Shown here piece by piece: positions 1-11,400 of a DNA stretch of 64,000 nucleotides. Within the stretch, counting starts at the first letter, position 1; every line of letters begins with the position of its first letter. The position numbers were made by a program, and so were the translations under genes. The DNA is from Candidatus Bathyarchaeia archaeon (lineage in GTDB: Archaea > Thermoproteota > Bathyarchaeia > 40CM-2-53-6), in the NCBI GenBank assembly GCA_049513715.1, contig JBEKVV010000004.1, positions 177,452 to 241,451 of the forward strand, in the 5' to 3' direction. The notes beneath the pieces were generated by a model, which saw nothing but the letters and a program-made list of their open reading frames with translations, ran no database searches and was not told the DNA's origin.

Positions 1-169
1 ACTCCGCTATTCTAGCCGTGCCGATTGGATTGAGCAATGCCCGGCGTATCTCGGCGGCGTTACTGTCAACAGGAGTTGTCTTAGAAATGTCGCGAACGGT
101 TACGTCGACGGCGTCATCGAAGGAGATCGGAAGTTGTTTCTTTCCGTAGGGTATCTTAACTTGAACCAT
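1..169 (-). CDS. larA: Lactate racemase LarA-family protein, N-terminal part (runs off window)
   Basis: Manual translation from ATG at 169: MVQVKIPYGKKQLPISF...EIRRALLNPIGTARIAE; PYG and ALxNPIG are typical of the LarA N-terminus. Confidence 0.7.
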   Translation of the reverse strand, partial: MVQVKIPYGKKQLPISFDDAVDVTVRDISKTTPVDSNAAEIRRALLNPIGTARIAE

Positions 170-243
170 AACTGCTTGAAACCTCGAACTTGACCGGATA
201 CATGCACTTACCAGAACTCACTGAAAGCTTCATCCGGTTGTCC

Positions 244-684
244 CTATTCCGGGCGTAAGGTAAATGCGTAGCTCGGCCCATACTCAGAAATCCCTGTCAC
301 CAGACTCACCCGCGCTCCAACTTTCACATCATCCGGCTTGGCGTCGTTCAACCAAGCTAGAACTCTGACGCCTTCCTTCATCTTGACGAGCACAACTGTA
401 TATGTTGCTTGACCTGCAAAACTCGCAGGCTTTATGGCAATGCGTGTGAAGCTCTCGATCTCGCCGGTTCCATCGAGTTTTACCCATTTCGGTTCCGAGT
501 TGAGGCAACGTGGGCAATCGGCCACAGGCGGGAAGCTAGTGTATCCGCATTTGCTGCATTTTGACGCGCATAATTCACCTTTCTCAAGCCGGCTCCAGAA
601 CTCGGAGAGCTTCTGAGTTGGGATTTCTGAAGCAAAAGTTAAGGGCCTGGTCTTGCGTGCAGCCTTTGGTTGATTGAGCGTCAT
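244..684 (-). CDS. DUF35 Zn-ribbon/OB-fold protein (thiolase partner)
   Basis: CSKCG...PP..DCPRC Zn ribbon plus OB-fold; directly downstream of thiolase. Confidence 0.9.
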   Translation of the reverse strand: MTLNQPKAARKTRPLTFASEIPTQKLSEFWSRLEKGELCASKCSKCGYTSFPPVADCPRCLNSEPKWVKLDGTGEIESFTRIAIKPASFAGQATYTVVLVKMKEGVRVLAWLNDAKPDDVKVGARVSLVTGISEYGPSYAFTLRPE

Positions 685-688
685 TTTC

Positions 689-1846
689 TCAGCTCCTCAG
701 GATTGTCACGTAGCAGTAATGCCCTGTACCACCCACATTATGCGCTAACGCTAAACCATTCTTGATTGGTGCTTGACTTTTCCCAGCCTGGTTACGTAGC
801 TGTCGAGTCAGTCCCACTATCATTGAAGTTCCCGTAGCCCCGAGAGGGTGTCCTTTGGACTTGAGGCCCCCGTCTAAATTAACGGGAATCTTTCCCCCGA
901 TCTCTGTTTGGCCCTCATCTATCATTTGCCCGCCTTTGCCCCTTTCGCAGAATCCTAAATCCTCATAGGCAAGAATCTCGGCTATCGTGAAGCAATCATG
1001 CACATCCGCAACGTCAAGTTGCTTAGGCTGGACATGGGCTTTCTTGAATGCACTCTGTGCCGCATTCACAGACGCACGTAGCCCGAGCAAATCCCCGCGC
1101 TTGGTGATATTTGCGGTATCCGACGAAATTCCCGTTGCCTCAACCCAAACCGGGCTGTCGGTTAATGACTTTGCCTTCTCCTCTGAGGCCACTATCACCG
1201 CGGCAGCCCCATCGCTGACCGGGCAGCAGTCATAGAGTTTCAGCGGCCACGCCACAACACGTGAGGAAAGAGCATCCTGCAGGGTCAACGGTCGCTGGAA
1301 ATGGGCGTTCGGGTTAAGGGCGCCATACTTATGGTTCTTGACGGCCACCTCCGCCAACTGTTTCTCAGTTGTTCCGTACCTCTTCATGTGCTCAGTTGCA
1401 TAGAGAGCATAGTAGCCTGGGAACGTCATTCCAAAGTTGTGAAACTCCCACAAGTAGTAGCCAGCGCGCCCTATCACCTCGGTCATTGTCGGCCCATCGA
1501 TGCCGAACATTTTCTCGACGCCTAACGCCATCGCGACGTCACTCTGGCCGCCCCTGATCATGTTGCAGGCCGTGACCAATGCAGCACTCCCCGTGGCGCA
1601 GGCTGCCTCACACCTGACAAGCCCCTTGCCCTCCAAGCCCAAGTATTCTGAAACAAGTACCGCGGGCAGGAAATCCTCGTACCATGTACCGGCGATGCCA
1701 ACGCTCAGAAAGTCAACATCTTTTGGAGTTAGGTTAGCATCCTGGAACGCCGGTTTGGCTGCTTCGAATGCGAGCTCAGGAAGGCTCACATCACGCCGGT
1801 CACCGAACTTTGAGTGACCCACGCCCACAATTGCCACGCGAGTCAA
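689..1846 (-). CDS. Archaeal/SCP2-type thiolase (acetyl-CoA acetyltransferase)
   Basis: EAACATG, VHDCF, GHPLGATG and HNVGG motifs. Confidence 0.92.
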   Translation of the reverse strand: MTRVAIVGVGHSKFGDRRDVSLPELAFEAAKPAFQDANLTPKDVDFLSVGIAGTWYEDFLPAVLVSEYLGLEGKGLVRCEAACATGSAALVTACNMIRGGQSDVAMALGVEKMFGIDGPTMTEVIGRAGYYLWEFHNFGMTFPGYYALYATEHMKRYGTTEKQLAEVAVKNHKYGALNPNAHFQRPLTLQDALSSRVVAWPLKLYDCCPVSDGAAAVIVASEEKAKSLTDSPVWVEATGISSDTANITKRGDLLGLRASVNAAQSAFKKAHVQPKQLDVADVHDCFTIAEILAYEDLGFCERGKGGQMIDEGQTEIGGKIPVNLDGGLKSKGHPLGATGTSMIVGLTRQLRNQAGKSQAPIKNGLALAHNVGGTGHYCYVTILRS

Positions 1847-1949
1847 GAATTATCCCGCCGTTTCGCTGAGCCGATTCTAAGGATTTAAAGCCCTAAGGCT
1901 CGGGAGCCATTCTTCGATTGAATAAGTCGGAAATTGTAGGTCCAAGATT

Positions 1950-3884
1950 TTGTCGGCGCCTGAGTCAGGTCCACGGGGTGGAAGAATTGAATATCCTCCT
2001 GAATTGAAGTCGATGCTCAAGCGTGCCCTTGAAGATCCAGAAGGATTTTGGGGCGACGCAGCGAAGGAATTGCACTGGTTCAGGCGCTGGGACCGCGTAT
2101 TTGAATGGAACTATCCGAATTTCTCATGGTACAAAGGAGCAACCACAAACCTAGCCTACAACTGCCTAGAACGCAACATCGATAATGGAAGAGGCAACCA
2201 CCCAGCCATAATATGGGAGAACGGCGAGGGGTTTCCTTCGCGCTCCTTAACCTACAGTCAACTGTTGGATGAAGTCAAACGATTCGCCAATGCGCTGAAA
2301 GCCCTTGGAGTAAACCGAGGCGACAGAGTAACAATCTACATGCCTATGGTGCCTGAAGCTGCAATCGCGATGCTGGCGACGGTAAGAATTGGCGCGATAC
2401 ACTCCGTTGTGTTTGGAGGTTTCGGGTACGGAGCCTTGTCGGACAGATTATTGGACGCAGGTTCCACGCTTATCGTTACAGCGGATGTTGGCTACAGACG
2501 CGGAAGCCCAATTAAACTCAAGGAAGTTGTCGACGAATCCCTCAGAACCAGCGCGACCAAAGTACGGAAGGTCATAGTGCTAAAACGAGCCGAGAACGAC
2601 TTACCGATGGTCTCGGGGAGAGACATCCTCTGGCAAGACGCGTTGGAACAGGGGAAGGGAGCTGATGCTCAAGTCGAGAAGGTGCGTGCTGAAGAACCAG
2701 TCTTCATCCTTTACACTTCTGGAACCATGGCTAAACCGAAGGGCACCGTTCAGCCTCACGGGAGTTACCAAGTTTACATCCATGCCATGGGCAAATGGGT
2801 CTACAACATGGATGAGACCGATATCTGGTGGTCCACCTCGGACATTGGCTGGATCGTCGGTCATAGCTACGTTGTGTATGCACCATTGCTCTTCGGTTGC
2901 ACGACGATAATGTATGAGGGACTGCCGGACCATCCTTCACCTGACATATGGTGGCGGATAATCGAAAGGAACAAGGTATCGAGGTTCTGGATCTCACCTA
3001 CGGGTGTTCGTGCCCTAATGAAGTACGGGGACGACTACCCGAAGAAATACGACCTAAGCTCACTCAAACTCGTCGCGTGCGCCGGTGAAGTTCTCAACCC
3101 ACCTGCATGGGAATGGCTCCAGAAGAAAGTGCTCGCGGACAGAATCCCCGTAATCGATCATATGTGGCAGACGGAAACAAGCGGCCCAATAGTCGGAAAC
3201 CCGGCTGGGATTGCACTGCTGCCAATAAAGCCCGGCTCAGCAGCAATCCCACTCCCAGGGGTAGATGCAGAAATTGTCGACGACGAGGGAAAGCCAGTTG
3301 CACCCGGAATCGAAGGGACCTTCGTCCTGAAGAAACCTTTCCCCGGGTTGACCCCAACTCTATGGTGCGACCACGAACGATACGTGGAAAGCTACTGGAA
3401 CAGATTTCCAGGCCTCTACACGACTGGCGACGCAGCCATGAAAGACGAGGACGGTTACATCTGGTTCCTAGGGCGAGTTGACGAGGTCATCAAGATCTCC
3501 TCACACAGGATCGGAACGATCGAAATTGAAAGCGCGCTACTTCAAGACTCGAACGTGGCTGAAACCGCGGTTGTGGGGCGCCCCGACCCTCTCAGGGGAG
3601 AGACTGCATGTGCATTCGTTGTTCTGAAAGAAAGCTCAAAGGCAACGGACGATTTGAAGCAGGCGCTGAGAAGCCTCGTTAGAAAGACCTTGGGACCCAT
3701 AGTCGTAATTAGCGACATTTACTTCGTCAACAAGCTACCCAAAACACGAAGTGGTAAAATCATGCGACGCCTGATCAAGGCTGTAATTTCGAACAAGCCC
3801 CTTGGAGACTACTCTACGATAGAAGATGAATCTTCAATAGAGGAACTCAAGAAAGCTGCTTCGAATTCTCACAACCGGTCATAG
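1950..3884 (+). CDS. acs: AMP-forming acetyl/propionyl-CoA synthetase
   Basis: YTSGTMAKPKG, WQTETSG, GRVDEV and LPKTRSGKIMRR motifs. Confidence 0.9.
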   Translation: MSAPESGPRGGRIEYPPELKSMLKRALEDPEGFWGDAAKELHWFRRWDRVFEWNYPNFSWYKGATTNLAYNCLERNIDNGRGNHPAIIWENGEGFPSRSLTYSQLLDEVKRFANALKALGVNRGDRVTIYMPMVPEAAIAMLATVRIGAIHSVVFGGFGYGALSDRLLDAGSTLIVTADVGYRRGSPIKLKEVVDESLRTSATKVRKVIVLKRAENDLPMVSGRDILWQDALEQGKGADAQVEKVRAEEPVFILYTSGTMAKPKGTVQPHGSYQVYIHAMGKWVYNMDETDIWWSTSDIGWIVGHSYVVYAPLLFGCTTIMYEGLPDHPSPDIWWRIIERNKVSRFWISPTGVRALMKYGDDYPKKYDLSSLKLVACAGEVLNPPAWEWLQKKVLADRIPVIDHMWQTETSGPIVGNPAGIALLPIKPGSAAIPLPGVDAEIVDDEGKPVAPGIEGTFVLKKPFPGLTPTLWCDHERYVESYWNRFPGLYTTGDAAMKDEDGYIWFLGRVDEVIKISSHRIGTIEIESALLQDSNVAETAVVGRPDPLRGETACAFVVLKESSKATDDLKQALRSLVRKTLGPIVVISDIYFVNKLPKTRSGKIMRRLIKAVISNKPLGDYSTIEDESSIEELKKAASNSHNRS

Positions 3885-3987
3885 TTCCTCTATTCCACAT
3901 CGTGCCTGGTTCTGCCTCTCGAAGGGCTCCTCCACTGACAAGTTATCGTATCCCTTTTACTTGTCAAGCGCTGGATAATCCATCCAG

Positions 3988-4533
3988 GTGTATCTGATGC
4001 TGAACAAGACGAAAACTCTCACTTTGATCGCAGCCCTCTCCGCAGCGAATGTGGCTTTCAGGTTTGCGTTGGCGGGCGGTCCCCCTAATGTCAAACCAAC
4101 AGCGTTCTTGGTTATTGTTGCAGGTATCATTGGGGGGCCGATTTCCGGTTTTGCTGTTGGTTGGCTCAGTATGACTGTCAGCGATTTGGCGGCTTTCGGC
4201 GCAGGAATCTGGACAATCGAGACCTCTGGGGGTATGGCAATTGTTGGACTGCTGGCCGGGTTCATATGGCACCGCGTCGCCCTACTCAACCGCTGGAAAA
4301 TGGCGTTAGGGGGATTTCTTCTAACCGTAGTCTATGATGTTGGTACGTCTATTGTGGATGCGTTGCTCTTCAGCTACCCAGTAAGGTCAGCTATTCTCGG
4401 CCTATACGTTCCATTTCTGGCTGGAAGCGTAAGCCCATACCCATTCGGCCTGGTCCATGAGCTCACAACTGCTATCCTGCTTGGCACAATCGGCCCGTCG
4501 CTCATCACACAAATCAGAAGAGTCTACCGCTAG
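3988..4533 (+). CDS. ECF transporter S component (orphan)
   Basis: Hydrophobic 181 aa protein with PNVKP and GPISGFAVG motifs. Confidence 0.8.
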   Translation: MYLMLNKTKTLTLIAALSAANVAFRFALAGGPPNVKPTAFLVIVAGIIGGPISGFAVGWLSMTVSDLAAFGAGIWTIETSGGMAIVGLLAGFIWHRVALLNRWKMALGGFLLTVVYDVGTSIVDALLFSYPVRSAILGLYVPFLAGSVSPYPFGLVHELTTAILLGTIGPSLITQIRRVYR

Positions 4534-4626
4534 GTCTCACCGATTCTGAATGTATCCGAATGCTTTCAATGAGGAGCAACACCTAAACACCGGCAAAGTC
4601 GGGTTCTCGCTGAGTTTGGTGGGAGC

Positions 4627-5094
4627 TTGCCTAAAGTTGGAGATAAGGCGCCTCGTTTCCATTTGTTGTCAGGTCGGGGGGAGTATGTATCTCTGGATGA
4701 TTTTCTCGGTAAACGAAGCCTTGTGGTGTATTTCTATCCGAAGGATTACACGGCCGGCTGCGTAAGAGAAGCGGTTTCGTTCCGGGATGCTTACTCGACA
4801 TTGGTGGCGTTGGGTGCCGAGGTTGTTGGAATAAGCAGAGATCCTCCGAGCTCTCACGAACGATTTGCGAGAGACGAGCGCTTGCAGTTTCCTCTCGTGA
4901 GCGACACGGATGGCTCAGTTAGGAAAGCCTATGGTGTGAAGTCAACTTTCGGAATTAGTGGCCGGGTCACCTTTGTAATCGATAAGCAGGGAATCATTAG
5001 GCACGTATACTCGTCCCAAGTGCATCCGAGTAAGCATGTTGAGGAAGCGGTCCGTGCGTTGAATCGTTTGGTTGAGTCTGCCAAAACAGATTGA
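4627..5094 (+). CDS. bcp: Peroxiredoxin BCP/PrxQ (single Cys)
   Basis: YFYPKDYTAGCVRE; RVTFVIDK. Confidence 0.9.
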   Translation: MPKVGDKAPRFHLLSGRGEYVSLDDFLGKRSLVVYFYPKDYTAGCVREAVSFRDAYSTLVALGAEVVGISRDPPSSHERFARDERLQFPLVSDTDGSVRKAYGVKSTFGISGRVTFVIDKQGIIRHVYSSQVHPSKHVEEAVRALNRLVESAKTD

Positions 5095-5123
5095 AAACCA
5101 AAAGCTGGCGTGAATAGTTCTCT

Positions 5124-6284
5124 TCAAGCTGGCTTGGTTTTCTTCCATTCTTCAGCCAGCCTGATTCGCCTCGATGAAGAAGGATGGGTGTAGAAGAAGA
5201 ATTCAACAGCCGGGTTCGGCTTATCAACTGAGAGGCTCAAGTCTGCCAGCCGTTTCTCGGCTGATGCCTGGGCATCGGCGTCGTCCGCGGCCCGTAGAGC
5301 GAACTCGTCCGCTTGGCGTTCAACAACCCTGGAATACGAGTTGGAGATTGGTTGCAGAATGAAATTCACACAAATCAACACAGCGAAGATTATCGGGGCG
5401 CCCGCAGGATCCGCTATTCCACTGAAGCCGAGGCTGACGGCGTTTTGTCTGAGCACGTAGTCTGCGAGAAAGAAAGGTGGAATCGCTAACAAACCTGATG
5501 CGACCGCTTCCTTCCAAATATCCCTGTTCACATAATGCCCAAGCTCATGTGCGACGACCGTGACGACTTCTCTCCGGGTAAATTTGTCGATCAGAGTGTC
5601 AAACAGGACGATTGTCTTGCTCTTTCCAATTCCGGAAAACATGGCGTTCGCGCGGATAGACTTCCGGCTTTCATCTGCCACCAGAACTCGATCGATGTTT
5701 CTTGCACCCATCTTCCGAGATATCTCAAGTAGGTTGTCCTTGAGTGCGGAGTCAGTGAGGGGTGTGACTTTGTAAAAGATCGGCATGATCACGTACGGCA
5801 GTATTATCGAAATTAGAATCGAGAATATGGCGAAGAGGGCTGCTGCCACAAGCCACCAAATATCCGTTGACAGGATCAGATAATACAGAAGCGACCCTGC
5901 AAGAATCCCTATTGCCAGTTCAAGTCCTAGGCCCTTCAGCTCATCCATGAGCCAATCCTTCACCCCTTGCATGGAGAGGCCGAATTTGTGGTCCAGAATG
6001 TATCCGGAATAGAATGAGAGGGGTGACTCTAAGAGTCCAAGGAAGAGAAAGAAGACCAGGAAATATGCGACGACCGTCATCCAGTAGGAGCCTGAAATCA
6101 GTTGAAGGGACTTACTAAGGATGAGTGAGGCACCGGAGAAAACCAAGAGCAAGCAAATAACGACGGGAACAACCGTTCCGCCCACGATGTCCAAAGCTAG
6201 CCTCACATTTTCGTATCTGTTTGCGAGGGCCCGCTTTTTCTCATCGTACTGGTAGGATGGCTCTCCTTGCTCCGGTTCTTGCAT
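5124..6284 (-). CDS. M48 zinc metallopeptidase (Ste24-like)
   Basis: Multiple TM helices; AHELGH, ERQADEFA and THPS motifs. Confidence 0.9.
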   Translation of the reverse strand: MQEPEQGEPSYQYDEKKRALANRYENVRLALDIVGGTVVPVVICLLLVFSGASLILSKSLQLISGSYWMTVVAYFLVFFLFLGLLESPLSFYSGYILDHKFGLSMQGVKDWLMDELKGLGLELAIGILAGSLLYYLILSTDIWWLVAAALFAIFSILISIILPYVIMPIFYKVTPLTDSALKDNLLEISRKMGARNIDRVLVADESRKSIRANAMFSGIGKSKTIVLFDTLIDKFTRREVVTVVAHELGHYVNRDIWKEAVASGLLAIPPFFLADYVLRQNAVSLGFSGIADPAGAPIIFAVLICVNFILQPISNSYSRVVERQADEFALRAADDADAQASAEKRLADLSLSVDKPNPAVEFFFYTHPSSSRRIRLAEEWKKTKPA

Positions 6285-6599
6285 CTGGTACCATTCCGGT
6301 GGCTGGGCGAATCGCCCAAGACTGACTAGAGACTGTCGTAGATAAGGACGAATCCTCTGAGATCGTTCGGATAGTTGTGTTCAGCTCGGTGAAGAGTGTG
6401 AGGCGCCCGGACGTGGTTCCTCTCTCTTTTTCTTCGGCTTTCTGACCATTTTTGGGTTTCCCAATCTAAATCACATTAAGTGTTGTTCGAAGGTGATAAA
6501 ATAGGTATTGGCATTTGATATGGCGGCTTTGTCGTCGGGTGCTGTGAGGGATGGCACTAGCCTCAATGGCCTCTGCTCTCCCATGGAAGCGCTGGCTCG

Positions 6600-7067
6600 T
6601 CAAGATAGTGCGGAGGCATAAACGTACTCCTGCTCGGGCCCTCCGTTGCTGGCAATTTTGTAGGTTATGTGCACTTTCACGGAGTCGTTCAGCATCGCTC
6701 TCACTGAGCAGTACTTCTCTTGTGAGAGACGTATTGCTCTCTCAACGTCATCCTTTCGGAGGTTGGGTCCAGCAATTGTGTACTCCAAATCTACCTCATC
6801 GTAGTACTTTGGATCCTCGTCGCGTCGCGTGCCTGTCGCGCAAACCTCGAACTTGTCAACTTTCTGCCTTTGCCTTTCCATGATCCATTGCACGTCCATT
6901 GCTGTGCATCCGGCCAACGCGGCCAGAAAGAGTTCCATGGGCGTGAACGATTGGCCCATCTGTTCAGATGAGTCTAGTTTCACCATGCGGCCGTCGTGCA
7001 GTTCCACACTGAATTTCATTTCATCGATGTGCTTGAGCTTCAACTCGACTGACGGTGTCGTTTTCAA
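6600..7067 (-). CDS. OsmC/YhfA family protein
   Basis: PMELFLAALAGCTAMDV and SQEKYCSV. Confidence 0.88.
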   Translation of the reverse strand: MKTTPSVELKLKHIDEMKFSVELHDGRMVKLDSSEQMGQSFTPMELFLAALAGCTAMDVQWIMERQRQKVDKFEVCATGTRRDEDPKYYDEVDLEYTIAGPNLRKDDVERAIRLSQEKYCSVRAMLNDSVKVHITYKIASNGGPEQEYVYASALS

Positions 7068-7172
7068 TCAACCCACAGAATCTATACTAGCATTGAGAAT
7101 ATCAATTGATGACGCGTTGAAGCATCAAAGTAAGTATTGATATAAGCACCCTCCAAAGCACGCTCGGATGAC

Positions 7173-7949
7173 TTGGAATTGGAATCACTCAGGGATCGCA
7201 TTGTTCTGATCACGGGTGCAAGTAGCGGTATTGGGGCGGCCTGTGCACGTGTCCTTGGGAAGGATGGGGCGCGGCTAATTCTTAACGCGCGCCGGAAGGA
7301 ACGGTTGGATGCGTTGGCCTCTGAGCTACGCGAACGTTATGGAACCGCCACTCACGTGTGCTCGTTCGACGTGCGGGATTTCGCACAAGTGAAAGGCGTC
7401 GTTGAGAAGCTGCCCGCGGAATGGCAGGCTATTGACGTTCTGGTTAACAACGCGGGGCTGGCGCGGGGTTTCGATACACTACATGAGGGTCAAATTGAGG
7501 ATTGGGATGAGATGATTGACTGCAATGTCAAAGGGCTTCTCTACATGACCCGTTTGGTGGTTCCCGGCATGGTCAAGCGTGGCCGGGGCCATGTTGTGAA
7601 CATAGCCTCCATTGCGGGCATTCAGACCTATCCGAAGGGGAACGTGTACTGCGCGTCGAAAGCGGCTGTGAGGGCTATTTCAGATGGTTTGAAACAGGAT
7701 TTGACGGGGACCCCAGTACGAGTCACAACCATCAGCCCCGGGCTTGTTGAGACGGAATTCGCTGAGGTAAGGTTCCGAGGCAACAAGGAACGTGCCGCCC
7801 AAACCTACAAGGGCCTCACACCGTTGACAGGAAATGACGTCGCCGACGCGGTGCATTACTGCCTAACAAGGCCGCCACACGTGAACATTAACGAAGTTGT
7901 CCTTATGCCCGTAGATCAGTCAAGTGCAACCTTGGTCCACCGCAGGTGA
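7173..7949 (+). CDS. NADP-dependent short-chain dehydrogenase (YdfG-like)
   Basis: TGASSGIG, NNAG and YCASK motifs. Confidence 0.9.
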   Translation: MELESLRDRIVLITGASSGIGAACARVLGKDGARLILNARRKERLDALASELRERYGTATHVCSFDVRDFAQVKGVVEKLPAEWQAIDVLVNNAGLARGFDTLHEGQIEDWDEMIDCNVKGLLYMTRLVVPGMVKRGRGHVVNIASIAGIQTYPKGNVYCASKAAVRAISDGLKQDLTGTPVRVTTISPGLVETEFAEVRFRGNKERAAQTYKGLTPLTGNDVADAVHYCLTRPPHVNINEVVLMPVDQSSATLVHRR

Positions 7950-8162
7950 ACGGGACAGGAGTAGTAGGTGTCCGGCACCTTCCTCAAAAGTAATTAGGCA
8001 CTTACCACGTACTGTTGAGCTGTCGAGAAAACTTCCGGGCTTAATTTGCACAGGCTTGAGGGGCTCGGTTGTTTAGCGGAGCACTTGTACTGGCCCAACC
8101 TTTATTAGCGTGGGTCCGGTGGTTCTATGGAAAGTTTCTGAAAGGCTCATGCTAAGAGCTGG

Positions 8163-8456
8163 ATGAATCTTTTCTCCGCGGAGAGAACACTTAGATTGAA
8201 AGATACCGAAAAAGAAGAGAGGCCATACGATCTTTTCGCGCACGATTTCGTTCCAAAGCATGAACTTCTCTCAAAGAAGGAGGCTGAGGAATTGATGCGC
8301 GAGTTCCATATCAAGCCGTACCAACTCCCATACGTCAGAACAAGCGATCCTGCGGCTGAGACCTTGGGCGCTAAGATGGGAGATGTTTTACGTGTAACGA
8401 GAAAAAGCGCGACTGCTGGCCAAGTTGTCGTTTACCGTTATGTCGTTGATGGGTAA
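8163..8456 (+). CDS. rpoH: DNA-directed RNA polymerase subunit H (Rpo5); start may be TTG at 8196
   Basis: HDFVPKHELL...QLP...SDP...YRYV; first gene of the RNAP operon. Confidence 0.95.
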   Translation: MNLFSAERTLRLKDTEKEERPYDLFAHDFVPKHELLSKKEAEELMREFHIKPYQLPYVRTSDPAAETLGAKMGDVLRVTRKSATAGQVVVYRYVVDG

Positions 8457-8465
8457 TGTGATTTC

Positions 8466-11400
8466 ATGACAATGACATCAACCGCAACCGTGAGCCCACA
8501 AATATGGGACCTGATCAAACATTTCCTTGAAGAGAAAGGACTGGTCAGGCAGCATGTCGATTCCTACAACGAATTTATTGAGACTGGGCTGCAAGCCATA
8601 GTCGACGAATCATCCGAAATCCCTATCGAGATCGAAGACTACCCGCTCAAAATCAAATTGGGTAAGATTGAGATCGGGACGCCGCGAGTAACCGAAGTTG
8701 ACGGCTCGGAACGGCAAATATTTCCGACCGAAGCGAGGATTCGTAATCTTACTTACGCAGCCCCACTCCATTTGGAGATGACCCCTGTCATCGGGGAGAG
8801 GGAAGGCCAAACTGAGATTGTGTATATTGGCGATTTTCCCGTCATGCTTCGTTCTAAGATCTGCCCGTTGTCGCGCATGACCCCAGAGGAACTCATCAGC
8901 ATTGGAGAGGACCCGCTGGACCCTGGTGGTTATTTCATCGTAAACGGGGCAGAGAGGGTCGTAGTTGCTCTGGAGGATTTGGCGGCTAACCGAATCTTGG
9001 TGGATAAGGAGCAGACGGGCGTTCACCCAACCTACAAAGCTAAGATTTTCTCGACGACAGTTGGTTTCAGGGCACGCACGGAAGTCACCATGAAGACTGA
9101 TGGCGCAATTTACGTCACCATGCCAGGCGTCCCAACCGACATTCCAATAGTCGTCATGATGAAGACACTGGGCTACGAAGAGGATTCGAAGATTGCGGAG
9201 TTGATCTCCACCGCTGATCCTCTCCAAAACCAACTCGCCTCAACCTTCGAGAAATCCATTGGAGTCGTAACCCAACGGGACGCGCTCCTCTACATTGGTA
9301 ACAGGTTAGCGCCAGGCCAAGTCGAAGACTACAGGCTGAAGAAAGCAGAAGCGGCTATAGACAGAAACTTCCTACCCCACATAGGGCGCAACCCAGAAGA
9401 CCGGAAAGAGAAAGCTGCGTGCCTTGCTGAAGTTGGCTGTCGCGTAATTGAACTCAAACTCAAAATGCGACAACCCGACGACAAAGACCATTACGCGAAC
9501 AAACGTCTAAAACTCGCAGGATCACTGCTCGCGGAGCTTTTCCGAATCTCATTCAGAAACCTCATCCGCGATCTCAAGTACCAGCTTGAGCGGATCACTA
9601 TACGCAGACACGCAGAGCTCTCAATCAGTAACGCAATCCGACCGGGCATAATCACTGAAAGGATACAACACGCAATTGCCACGGGCAATTGGGTTCGCGG
9701 GCGCGTTGGCGTGACGCAACTACTTGACCGCACAAACTTCTCCTCCACCCTAAGCCACCTACGCAGGCTCCAATCACCCCTAAGCCGAAGCCAGCCAAAC
9801 CTTGAGGCCAGAGACCTACACCCAACACACTGGGGAAGGCTCTGCCCGAGCGAAACACCTGAAGGATCAAACTGCGGCCTCGTCAAAAACTTGGCATTGA
9901 GCGCGGTCATCTCCATAGGAGTTGACTCACATGAATTCGTCTCCAAACTTAGAAGAATGGAAGTCGTCGGAATGGAAGTGGCCGACAGAAAGCTCCGGGA
10001 AACAGGAGCGAAGGTTTTCGTTGACGGCTTGATAGCAGGTTATGTGAACGATGCAGAGAAGTTAGCTCAAGAACTCGTCAGAATGCGAAGAAACGGCGAG
10101 ATAAGCTCCGAAGTCAACATCGCCCACTCGCCGCCACAATTCGAGGGCGCTCGGCCCGAGTTGTATGTGAACTGCGACCAAGGCCGAGTGAGAAGACCGA
10201 TCATAATTGTTGAAAATCAAAAGCCACGGCTTACCAGGGAACATGTGGAATCGATTCAGCGTGGCGAGATGCGTTGGGAGGACCTGATCGACCGTGGAAT
10301 CGTCGAATACCTCGACGCCGATGAAGAAGAGAACGCCCTTATTGCGCCCGCACCTAACCGCATCAACGAGAAGACAACTCACCTAGAGATAGCGCCTTAC
10401 ACGATACTCGGGATCGCCGCGTCGCTCATTCCATACCCAGAGCACAACCAGTCACCCCGAAACGCCTACGAATCAGCAATGGCGAAGCAGGCGTTGGGAG
10501 TTTTCTGTGTCAATTACGCTAACCGAGTCGATTCACGCGCCCACATCCTACACTACCCACAGGTGCCCGTGGTTCGAACTAAGCCCATGGACATCATCAA
10601 GTACGACAGCCGCCCCGCAGGCCAGAACTGCGTCGTCGCTCTTCTCTGCTACCAAGGCTACAACATGGAGGACGCCATCATCATCAACAAATCCTCCGTG
10701 GACCGAGGCCTCTTCCGCTCAACATTCTACCGTGTCTACGAAGGTGAATGCAGACAATACCTCGGAGGTCTGAGAGACAAATTCGAAGTGCCTGAAGCAG
10801 GAATCAGAGGCTATAGAGGGGACAGGTACTACCGACTCCTAGAAGAAGACGGCGTGATCTCAGTCGAATCAGAAGTCACAGGCAACAGCGTACTAATTGG
10901 AAGGACAAGCCCACCGAGATTCCTCGAAGAATATAGAGAGTTCGAAGTCAAAGGCCCAACCAAGAGAGACTCATCCGTCGGCATGCGCCCCTCAGAGGAA
11001 GGAATTGTAGACGCCGTTTTTCTAAGCGAATCAATTGAAGGAAACCGCCTAGTCAAATGCAGAGTCCGAGACATAAGAATCCCCGAATTAGGCGACAAAT
11101 TCGCGTCACGGCACGGACAGAAAGGAGTCATCGGAACCCTGATCCCACACGAGAACATGCCCTTCACCGAGCAAGGCGTCGTCCCGGATGTCATAATCAA
11201 CCCGCACGCAATCCCGTCACGTATGACCATCGGCCAATTTGTAGAGGCAATCGCGGGCAAAGTCGCAAGCTTGCGCGGCGAAGCAGTCGACGGGACCGCC
11301 TTCAGCAACGAAAGGCCTGGAACACTCCGCGAAATGCTTCTTGAATTGGGCTTCCAACACAGCGGGCGAGAGGTTCTCTATAACGGAGTCGACGGCAGAA

